From Orbicella franksi (lineage: Eukaryota), in NCBI GenBank assembly GCA_964199315.1, contig OZ116709.1, forward strand, positions 2,666,001 through 2,730,000: DNA of 64,000 bases, read 5' to 3'. A model generated the notes under the pieces. That model was not told the origin of the DNA and searched no databases. It saw nothing but the letters and a program-made list of their open reading frames with translations. A program made the translations under genes and the position numbers. Shown one piece after another: positions 36,201 through 48,200 of this stretch; the stretch's first letter is position 1, and each line of letters opens with the position of its first letter.

Positions 36201-39200
36201 GTTCAGTTTGCAGATAAGGGCGTGGCCGTGCGGTTATGGATGATGCGACGTAACATGGTGTTTGCCGAGTTTGTTACGAGACAATCACGCCGGAAACTAC
36301 CATATTTGGCCAGCGTCGACGGAGTGTTACCATGGAAATGGAACCACTTTGGAATGTCCTACGACAAGGCTAGTGGTAAAGCTACTCTGTTCGTTAACAG
36401 TAAACCTGTCGTGCGCAAAAAGATTGGTTATTTTGATCTCTCCACCAATCATGATGTGTACTTGGGGGCGAGGCCTGGTGACAAACAGTACTTCCGTGGT
36501 CGAGTTTCTTGTTTACAGTTTTTCGACAAAGCCCTCAGCAGCCATCAGGTCAAGAAAATGGAAAAGAAATGTTTCCGAGCTCCAGGTGGGTTTTTAAGCA
36601 AAATCCTCGTCAAACCTTATTGCTTTACGAGTGAAATAGCAAAGAAAATAAGACCTATGCAAATACACCAACTATGAACCTGTGCCCAGGGTCGTGGGTT
36701 CGAGCCCCACGTTGGGCGAATTTTTTTTTTAATTGTTGTTTTTTTTCTTTTTTCTTAACTTCTCCGGTATTTTTCTGGTATACTGTAAGTAAGACTCATG
36801 GTAGAGGAACACAAAGCTTATTGTTAATTGTGTGAAATCAAATGTAAATGAAATTATCCACAGGTGGTCAACCGTCCATTCAACCAACAGTAAAGCCTCC
36901 ATACAGGCCAAGCACAAAGCGTAAGTAACTATCCCTGACTTCGATTCCTAAACTCTTTGAAAATTAGAAACTGACATTGCATCTGAGAGAAATGTGTGCT
37001 TTTCATGGAGTGTCAACTTAACAGTTCACCTCAAAATTACTTTATATTTTAGTCGTTGCTGCAAAGGCATACCAGTAATGTTTGTTTGACCAACAGCTTG
37101 TAACAAGGTGGTAGCAGTGTATCCGCTTAGTGCCCGCGATGGAGGACGGGATATCACCCAGAATGCTAACCGACCCGCAAGATTACGCGGCGTTTATCCC
37201 GCTCCAGGTCCCGACGGTCAACCAAGGACTGCATATCGCTTCACCGGCAAGCATAACAGTTTCATTGAGATCCCTAACAGAGGTCCTTTGGATACTAAAT
37301 ACTCCATCACATTATTGGCCTGGATTTTCCCACAAGGAAAGCCTGGACCCATTGCAAACTACCACCCTAACGGTTGGGGAGTGCATTTCTGGCTAGAGAC
37401 GCCAAAAACGCTGATGGTGCGTTTCACCCGACGTGGTAAACGCGGCGGGAGAAGACGACGCTACACGATGGCTCTGCGAAGCGAGCGGATAAGACTGAAT
37501 CGTTGGCAGTTCGTGGGTTGCAGCTACGACAGAAAAACAGGGATGGCAAGATTGTGGATTAATAATTATCAAGTTGCGCGGAAGAACATTGGAAGAATCC
37601 GATTGGCTACCAACTATCCCATCAGAATGGGAGAAAAGATTGGAGACAGACGCCGATACTACGGCAGAGTCTCCTGTTTCCAAGTGTTTAACTACGCCTT
37701 AACTCGAAGAGAAATACAAGGGAGACAAAGAACGTGCTTTAAACAGCGTAAGTGATATATGAGGACGTCTGGATTACGGCATTTAGCGCATAAACACAAA
37801 TATACTTATCTCTGTGACTAACACCATGCGAAGTAAAATTGTGGCAGAAACATTAATTCAGCAGTAAATATATGATTTCAGACATTTAATTTTATATTCA
37901 ATGACCTGAATGTATTTTGTTTTTGCTAATTGTTACCTACTTAAAGAATTATGCCTTAGTCTTGGAGAAATGTCTTGCCTGACAAGTGAAGTTTCACGCT
38001 AAAGATTTCGTTTCAAACTAAAATTCAGCGTGAATTGTAGCGTAGACTCCACAAGACAGGCCAGTCGTTTTTTTTAAACATCATTACATTTTGAAAGGAA
38101 ATTTTCGTGTTTCTCTATCAATGCTCTCTTTATCCGTGAACCGTGTCAGCAATTCCTAATACCATGCATGATAGACATATTACTATCTACTAATGACTTG
38201 CACAATAAAACGATTGAGGATTTAGTACTTGGCGTATCCTTGTAAAAAAAATGTTACCAAAGGAGAATTTATCATCTATTTTACTCTTTCTTTTTATCCT
38301 TAAACATACAGCCAAAGGTCCTCTTCGACCACGCCCACTTCCCCGAAGGCCAGTATGTAAGTATTTTATTGTTTTATAAGCTGTTCGTAAGAAAAATAAA
38401 ACACAGTCTATCATCATACCATAGATGAAGAAAATTTATATCATTTTTGGCTTGATATCTTTTCTTCTTGGCTTAGTCGTAAGACGGATAGGTGAAGAAC
38501 ATTCATCCTACTCGGCTAGCTTTAAGGATTCATACATAGTGCTCGACCATTTCTCTATTTCTTAAGTCAGCTTTACTTAGTGTGTAGTCATTAGTCATAT
38601 TATTTATTAGATTTTATGTATAGTGTAACGAGGGCCACTAGTTTGTCAGTGCTAACTGTAAAGTGTTTTACCCTCGTTAAATAAAGTTAATCTTCTTCTT
38701 CTTTATACTTTAAAAAATTGATTCCAAAAGAATATTTTAAAAAAATGATATCTTATTTATATTATGAAACTTTCAGATCTTCCCCGACCAGCGGCGTTCT
38801 TCCCACTTAACAAAGGTGCTAGAGGAAGGGACCTCGGAAACAGGAACCCGCCAGGAAGACTCAGGAATGTTCGTGCAGCGCCAGGCCCACTCGGTCGGCC
38901 AGGCGGCTCCATTAAGTTACTGGGGACACGAACCAGTTACATTCATTTTCCTAACAGGCGAGGTGGTGCCCTCGATACTCCCTACTCCATGACGGTGTTG
39001 TTATGGGTTTATCCAGAAGGAACCGCAGGTCCTTTATTTAATTACCACCCTAGTGCCCACGGAGTCCACTTCTGGTTAAGCACTCCAAGAACGTTATACG
39101 CCAGATTTATGCGCCGGAAGGGAAGAAAATACACTACGCCTGTAAAGAGTAGAGCCATACAGCTTAGAAAATGGCAGTTTATCGGAGCAAGTTACGACAG

Positions 39201-42200
39201 GAATACTGGTACAGCGGCTCTGTGGAGGAATGGCAGAAAGATTGCTAGAAAGTTCATTGGTCGAATTCGTCTCGCCACCAATTATCCCGTGCGCTTAGGA
39301 GCGAGGTTTGGGGATAGGCGCTACTTTAAGGGCCGTGTGACCTGTCTCCAGGTGTATTCCAGGGCGTTGACGAAAGCGCAAGTGCGACGTGCTGCTAAGA
39401 AATGTTTCAAAGCGGGTAAGCTGTGATGCGTCAATGACAAGTATTGCTTTGTTTATTGTTACTGCTATTGAAATATTTGATTCCGTTCTTGGATTTCAGT
39501 TTCTTAAAGGGGGGAGAGATCGTGTGTTTTATGTTTGTTTGCCTGTGTGCAACACAGCGACTTTACAAAAGTAAAAAGTTGGATAAAACCTAAGTCCATG
39601 TAAAGAGTGTTGGTTCTTCAACATTGATTGATTCCTTGCAAAACGAACCCTGAACTAACATGGCATTGTACGGCTTTCTGATTATTACCCATACGTTAGT
39701 ACTGATTAACAGTTTTGCAAAACACAACTCTTGCTGATTTGTTTCCGTTTTGCTTCCCAGCTCCTCGACCCGTTCGTCCGCGGCCAACTTTCAGACCAAC
39801 CCGGCCAACTGCTCCTCGGCGTAAGTAATTTTTGGACAGAATATTTTTTGACAAAACGTAACTACCCTGAGATGCTTACATTACATTTTGACAAAACTAT
39901 CCTAAGAGGTGTATATCAAAATTAATTTATGCCCCTTATACTAAGTGTAATGCGCTCGACATGGTAAATTAATTTGTGTTCCTTAATAATCTCTTGTAAA
40001 TCGCTTTTCTCCATATTGACAGCATCCTACAATCCTGTCGCTGTCTACCCGCTAAACGTCCTCACTAAAGGCAGAGATATGAGTGCTCGTAAAAACCCTC
40101 CGGCCACCCTCGGCAGCGTTAGACCAGCTCGGGGACCCAACGGGAAACCAGGATCCTCCTATCAATTCTTCGGCCGCCCGAACAGCTATATACAACTCCC
40201 GAACAACGGTGCATTGGACACAGTGAAATCCATTACAATATCTCTGTGGGTGTACCCCCAGAAGCCTGGACCACTTGTTAATTATAACCCCAAGGGACAG
40301 GGAGTGCAGATCTGGATGGTTAGCCGAACTCAGTTGTTCGTGCGATTTGTCCGACGCCGAGGTCGTCGGCTGACTTCGCCGCTTATTTACAGAATATACC
40401 CCCGAAGCTGGAGCTACATCACAGCGACATACAAGCAGAGCACAGGCGTGGCAAGACTCTATGTGAACAATCGACTGGTTAAAAGAAAAGTTATCGGAAA
40501 AATCCAATTGGCAACTAACTATCCAGTCCGAATTGGAGCCAAAATCAAGGGCACCAGGTTTTTCAAGGGACGTTTGGCCTGCCTTCAATTCTATAACACC
40601 GCTCTGACCGGAAGACAGATTGCCGTGAGGAACAAGATGTGCTTTAAAACACGCGGTAAGATGGTTTAACAGATGGCTTACAATCTTACATGTCTAAAAG
40701 GGAGGTTATGGGGGATTCTTCTATGTTTAGGGTTGAGAGTTATTAGAGGGAAAAATATACACCACCAAACGCGCCTAGCCTTTTTTGGCGTTATGCACTT
40801 AATATTCTCGAAATTTATTGAAAGTTCATTGTTCTCTTTTATTCAACAGTCCACTTAAATTAAATCCATGAAGTCAAACATGTATGATGGCCACCCCAAA
40901 GCGAGATAAATTTGAGTTAAATGGTTTTGGTAAAAATATAACAAAGAAACCCAGATTTACGCTCTAAAGAAGCTACAGAAAGGCTAAGCTATACTTGATG
41001 TTTACTGTTTTCCTTAGTTTTCATTTCATTTTCTTTCCTTTCAGTTCCACTACCAGTAAGTTACAAGCCAAAACCAATCAGACCAGGTCAGTTTTGATTA
41101 CTTTGAAATGTCCTTACAATTTATCCTCAACCCGTCTGTTGAGAGATAAGAGGAAAAAGAAATTACTGGAGGCGATACAACGTTGCTGCAAAGGAACAAG
41201 AAATTCTCGCATCTGACTTTTAAGAAAAGTGCCACAATAAGAAGGAAGAATTGTTTTTTCGAGCTTGGGATTAGAAAGGAAATGCCAACCCAAGGGAAAA
41301 AGTCTAACTTTATAACAATATATCATTATTTTTATAAAATTAACTGTCCTCGCTAGTTCCACCTCTCCGCACCGGTTATTTGGGTCGTCACGCAACATGA
41401 CGACTCAAGTAATGGCTGCGAAGGGGACTGCGCCTGCGCCAGTTCGCGTTATTAATTTCATTCATTTGCTTGTTTTCTAAAGTATGCCGAAAGAGACTGG
41501 ACATAGGTTTCCTAGTAGAGAGCGGCAGAATAAGCTCTGGTAATTTCCAGCGCACTCTTAGTTTCATAAAGAAACTTGTAGTGTCGTTCCCACGTGCAAG
41601 GATTGGTCTCGTGTCTTATTCCAAGCGCGCCTCGAAAGTCTTTGGATTTTATAGGTAAGATCGTCTTCTCGCATTAACCTTTTTTGCAGAAACTGGAAAT
41701 GACGGTCGAAGGTACAATGGCTAATTTCCTCTATGGGACTGAATATTTATTTTGATGAATACAACTACCATGATTCCCTGCAGTCGCGTCTCATAGAGGG
41801 AAATGACCATAAAAGTGATGTCGATAAATTTCTGTTTGATTGAGATGCTACACAGTAGTATGGTAGCGTTTTTAGCTCCACAACAGGGAGTTTAAGAAAA
41901 CGACGACAGTAATGAGAACGCCGCTAAACAAAGTTTAATGAGCAGAACAATGACGGTCCATGTGCGTTAGAAAACTTGGTACATTTCTTTGCCATAGAAA
42001 ACAACAACGTGAAATGACCAAATTTGGCGTTGACTGCAGAACGTGAATCATTTCAAATTTATCGCTATATCCCAGATTCAGTTTCGTGATAGCTTTGACA
42101 GTGGTAAACAAAGTAAATGAGTACCGCGAAATTCGTAGGTAAAATATCAAAACATTTTAATCGACGTTTTCCTCGGCGTCGCCGTCGTGATTACTTTAAC

Positions 42201-45200
42201 TCCCTATGACTGGAATAACTACCAGTTACCCATACCCAGTCACACATACAAATAAAACATATTACAATGACAGATCGCCATTCAGTCTTAAATTTCAAAC
42301 TATTTCTTCTTCCTTTCAGCTTCCGAGGAAGAAGAAGAAGTCTACTGCGAGCCATCGGCGCTACTCCATCGTTTGGAGGCGGGCCTCGAACTGGTGCTGC
42401 TCTCAAATACGTGAAACAAACTTTGTTCAGCGGCCGATCACGTAAAAGAAAAGTACTTTTTGTAATAACACACGACAGGTCCTATGATAATGTTGCTATC
42501 CCAGCTGCCACTTTGCGCCGCGCGGGAATCGAGATTATTTCTATTGGGGCTGGAAAAGCTCCTAGCACCTCACAGCTTCGTCAAATGGCGGGAAAACGAA
42601 CTGGAGCCATGTTCACATCTAGCTTCAGAACACTGCTCTCTATTGCAAAGATCGTTGAGCAAAAGGCGTGTAAAGGTGAGATTTTTACCTGTGAACAACA
42701 AATTTTAGATTCTTTAGCAGGTCACTGTTTTGCAGTTATCCAGGATAAAAAATATTAGATCCCACAGCGTCTAATGTCGTTAAAGTAACCCATTCTATCT
42801 TGCTACTTTTATTCACGGGATTCATTTACCTTAACTGCGATAAATTTGATGGTGCATTAATAACCCCTGCATTTTAATTGCATACTAGTATAAAATATTG
42901 CGTGTTCTATCTACCTAGATTAAATTATTTTCTGTCGTTGACTTATTTTAGGTCCCAGGCCTTTCGTAAAGCCACCACCAGCAGGTATGTGACTGACCAT
43001 TGCATTGCACACATCATGCGGGCTTATCTTTGTAGATGTTGGACCGAGCGAAAATAACTACCAATCATCTTTTCCGACTTTTTTCATGCGATGAGTCTTC
43101 TTTGTTGTTGCTGATGGATTTCGTTTTTGTTATTTACAGTTCTACCAAGACCAAAGCCTCATGGGAAAGGTATGTAGATGACCATGATCAGTTTCTATAA
43201 CACCTTTAAAAAAAGAAAGATTTAGTATCATAGAAATTTTTCTTTCTTTGTTTTCATGGCGCCAAACAACAAACGACGACTACAAGCGGTCAAAGCAACT
43301 CTTAGCCTGGAACAAACGTTTACTTTTGTTTTTTTAACTTGTAAAAATACCTCAAAAAATTGACTAAGAGATAAGGGGATTGCATTTGAATGTGTTCGAA
43401 GCATAATATTCATCATATTTTGATATTTTTTGTTTACAGTTGTTTCCCGTGCCCTTGATATTGGGTTAATCGTGGACGCATCTGCGAATGTCGCCGGGAA
43501 AAGACTTATTGGAATTCGTAACTTTTTGAAACAAATCGTGGCGTCCTTCACAGTGTCTACATCATTCACTCGCTTTGGAATGGTCGAGTTCAGCAATTAT
43601 CCAAGAAAATTGTTTGATTTCAACCGATTCCCAAATCAAGCTACCTTAATCAATGCGCTTGGTCGTGTACCGTACATGGGGGGCCAAGCAATGCTGGGAA
43701 AAGCCTTGAAGTATTCCGCAGTGAAATTGTTCTCACGGAGCCCCAGAAAGAAGGTTGCCATAGTGGTAACAGGCAAGTCACTTGACTCGGTTGCAGGCCC
43801 CGCGCGTGATTTGAGGCGCGCTGGCGTGAAAGTGGTCTCGGTGGGTATTGGAGTTTATAGCGTCCCACAGCTGCAACAGATGGCTACTAACAAACGAAGT
43901 GTGTTTGCGACAAAGTTCAAGTCTTTGAACAACATTGTCAGAGCGATCAAACAGAAAGCTTCCAAAGGTATGTTTAGTACTTCTGTACTCCTGCATTAAA
44001 CTGTAATGAAAATGTAATCAAGACTATACTGAGAACTTTTTAAAAAACCACTGCATCGTAAAACAATTTGATTTTCACAGTTTTTTGTAATCACAGAAAA
44101 AGTGAGGAGACGTCTACGTTTTAAAATTTGTGTATACTGGGTTTAATTTTCACACTTAACTATGTAGCTTGTCAAGCAATCTGATACAAATTGCGGGTAT
44201 CATTTTTTCAAGATACATTTGAGATACTTTTTAAAGATACAGTACAGCCCCTATTAAACGGCCACCCTCGGGGAAATGGATAGTGGCCGCTTAATAGAGG
44301 TAAAAAACAATAGAAAAGCCCTCATTGGGACTTTGATTTCTGGCCGCCAAATACAGGTGGCCGTTAAATAGGTGACCACTTAATAGGGGATCAACTGTAT
44401 CTTTAAAAAGCAGATAAGAATCCGAGCATGTATTGTCACTTATTAGCTGACACTGGTATTTTGTTACATTGTATTCTTTAGCTCTCCGTCCTGTCCCTCG
44501 TCCCTTGCCGGTGAGACCTCGACCAGGTGCGTACGAATTATGGGTAATCTGTGCCACAACTATTTCTTGACGTCTTTTATAGATACATGTCAAGATTATC
44601 ATGAGAGTCTTAAACCAAAGAGTAAAATGCATATCACTCACTAACTCTACTTGTCCTTGCCAACTTAGGAGGAAGACGTCCGTACAGATTCATTGGCACC
44701 TACAAAGTTCCACCCAGGAAATATCTCGGCCGGGCAATACCGATTAAAAACCCTACATACGGACGTATAATATGTGAGCGCATAGCCCGTCGGGGTCGCT
44801 ACCGAGCCTTTGCAGTCCGCGGGGGTCGTCAGTGCTTTGTTTCTCGCTCCTCCCCACGTAAGTTCATGGTCTACGGCCGAACAAGGTCGAGGAAACCTGG
44901 GCGCAGTATCAGGGTCTACATTAGACCCAGAGGTTGGTGTCATAAGTATTGTTTCTCTAGATTTTTCTATCCTTATAAGCGACCTTCACTGCTGGAAACA
45001 AGTGACAGGCATCCAGCAAATTCGAGTTTCACGTAATTATTTTGGATCGTGCGATCTTTTTCTATACAAGAAGAGTCCAACTGTATGATGTAATCAGATC
45101 AAAAATGGCTTCACACGACAAAAATTATGCTCCACGCAATATCAAATAGGGACGGTTAATCCCTTAATCCTTTTGGGACACAATTTTTCAATTTATCATG

Positions 45201-48200
45201 ACTTACATTTATTCAACAGCTCCCATTAAACCCAGAGCCCGGCCCAGAATTCGGCCTCGAATTCGTCCCAGGCTTCCGCTTCGTCCCAGGCCCCGGCCAG
45301 TAAAACTACCTTTACCAAGGCCAAGAAAACCAGGTTTGTTAAAAATTTCATTTCAGATTAAAAAAATGTCGTATACTTGATGAAAGAAGATGGTGACTTT
45401 TTTAACGATCATGTATGGCTGTTATCAAGACTGTAAGCTCTATGAATCAGCCATCTATCTTGTTTTCAATTTTTTCTAGTCCAGTAAACGTTTAACAAGT
45501 TATTTTGAATTCACTTATTTTTAGGTGTACAAATAAGACCCAGGCTTCGACCAAAGCCGCGACCAGGTATAACAGTGTTGGTTTTTTTGGGTTTATTTTA
45601 CCTTATTATCGGACTCTTGTGTTGACTACTTTGGTGAAAGTGCATACTCTGTTTCTTTAGGAGCAAAATACAGATTCTTTGGACGCTATCGTGCTCCACC
45701 CAAAAAGATACTTGGCAGCCCAACAGTGACGTTCAGAAGTCTGAAGTTTGCAAGAAAGAACTGCCAGCGAGTAGCGCGCATGCGCCGTGCCTGGGCCTTC
45801 GCTTTGCGATTTGGTCGTCAGTGTTACATCGCTCAAAAAAGTCCGCGCAAGTTTACAAAGTTCGGTTTTCCTCGAACGAAAATGCCTGGAGCACTGAAGG
45901 TTTATATCGCTAAAGGTAAATAGGAGACTGGTGTGTTGGGCGCCTTAAAGCATAATAAGAACTTCATAGAAACTATTGAATTATTTGTTTTACTTACTGT
46001 ATGGCGTTATATTAACCCGCACCTAGCCCCATTCATTTCATTGGAGTTATGCATTTCCTTGTCCCTGGGAGTTATATCAGCAGTGATTTGAGGTCCGTCA
46101 CTTGATTTGAAAAAGCATTTCATTTGTGGGGTACAATAACTGGTTTTATTTACAAATTCTTCGTGGCTTTGTTTTTGTTGCCATTGTTATGTGCAGATAT
46201 AAGGTGATATCTGTGTTGTTTTCCAGGAGGTCGTTCCATACCAATAATAAGACCCAGGCCTCGACCCAGACCAAGGCCTTTCCCCCGTCCGAGGCCCCGA
46301 CCGAGACCAGGTAGAGAAACAGTTTCTTGTTAGTTATATCTGCGCTTGTGAAAATTATGCTCTCAAAACAATACAGGTAACCTTTAGAAGTACTTGAGAT
46401 GGAGTGTAATGGATAATGTTTTGAAAGGCAGACCAAAACTCCCCAAGTGCTGGTACAGGCTGCAAACAGTGACATATTTCAGGAAGTTGAGCGAGCAAGA
46501 AGCATGAGATTTCAAGAGCTGGCTCTATTATTTGATATGGAAAATCTTCTTACGGTCCAAAGATATTCTGTGTTTTGAATCATACACTCATTTTGCACTT
46601 ATAATGTTTTCAACTATTCTCTGTTTAAATGCTGTAGTCAATTTACTTAGAGGTAATTAATTTAAATTCATTTTAACATTGTACCTTTTTATAATCTCAC
46701 TGTATATTATTTTTAGAGTGTTTATTGTAGCAAGGGTATTTTGTAAATAATGTTATCCCAATAATTAATTCATTTGTAATTAATTTTCACGACCCCACAA
46801 GCTTTGAGCTTTAAATCTTATCGTGTTTAAATAAAGAATACGTACGTATGTATGTATACTTCATATTGTTCCTTCTCTCACTACACTAAGTGATCCATTT
46901 ACAATGCGAGCAAAACTAAACAGTAGTTTGTTTATGCTTGTTTGTCTCAGGACGCAAAACGTACAGGTACAGCGGACTCTACCGACCACCACCAAAGAGA
47001 ATGCTGGGAAGTCCTATTAGGAAATTTAGAAGCCGACTTTTCGCACGCAGACGGTGTGAAAAAATAGCAAGATCAGGCAGATATCGAGCATACGCCTTAC
47101 AATATGGCCGTTACTGTTATGTTGCTCGGTTAACAAGTAGAAAGTTTACCAGATATGGACGCAGCGTATCCAGGAGACCCAGTGCTCTTAAAGTCTTCAT
47201 AAGAACCAGTGGTACGTTTTCCAACAAATACTATGTGGGGCTTACTTTGTAACTAGAACGTTAAGGATTGCCAGAGAGATTTACTAGAATAAGATTTTAT
47301 CAAAAGAGACGACCGAGCAAAATTGGTGTACAGCTTTACAGACCACTATGGAAGCTAACATTGTTTACAAAATCCATTTGCTCAACTGAGCAATTTTGCA
47401 ACAAGGCCAACCTTTAAAACTAAGCTGTCACAGATTAAGACCCCATGAGCAGCTTAAAACGAGGAAAATATCACTTTTTACATTCTAAGTGTTATAGTTT
47501 ATCTCCTGGCTGATTCAATACTGCCGCAAACTTGAGCAACGTCTTACACTGACCGTTTTCAGTTAGCAACTAGTAGCTATTTTGCTGGTTCTAATGCTGT
47601 ACATTAACTTGTGCATCTGTTATCTTTGTATTTAGGAGGCATTCTCAGACCTAGACCTCGAATCAGACCTCGACCTCGAATAAGGCCTCGACCCAGAATT
47701 CGACCCAGACCTCGAATCAGACCTCGACCTCGAATAAGACCTCGACCTCGAATCAGACCTCGACCCAGAATTCGACCCAGACCTCGAATCAGACCTCGTC
47801 CAAGGCCTCGGTTACCAGGTATTTTTTGTCTTCTGCAACCTTGGCAGGTCAAACATGGAAACCTAAACAGATTCGTTTTTTCCTTCTCTTAGGAAGAAGA
47901 AGAGTTGTCCGCAAATATCTTGGAAGCTTCCGAGCTCCACCGAGACTGGGACGACCAGTGCGCACCTTCAGACGTCGAACATACGTTGTGCGCTCGTGTT
48001 TCCGTTTAGCCCGAGCGCAAAGGGCAAGAGCTTTTGCCATCCGAACAGGACAACGAGGAGTCAAGTGTTACTTGTCGAAAATGACTTCGGTTAAGTTTAC
48101 AAGACTCGGCAAAACTCGATTTGGAGGCCTTAAGGTTTACGTTTTGAGAAGAGGTAATTTACCAACATTTAATGTGTCAGCTAAAACAGTTTCTACGTTA

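Larger units (their letters stand above)
28114..40655 (+). other. Module: nine tandem LamG-like (ConA-like, Laminin_G_3-type) domains with Pro-rich linker microexons
   Basis: Repeats at 28114, 29729, 31267, 32584+33328, 34091, 35947, 37097, 38777 and 40023, each about 210-217 aa. Shared motifs: YPL, GP(D/N)G.P, SYI.fPN.G.LDT, W..+..+YD..TG, LATNYP, F.G..(S/T)CLQ, terminal CF. Confidence 0.88.
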
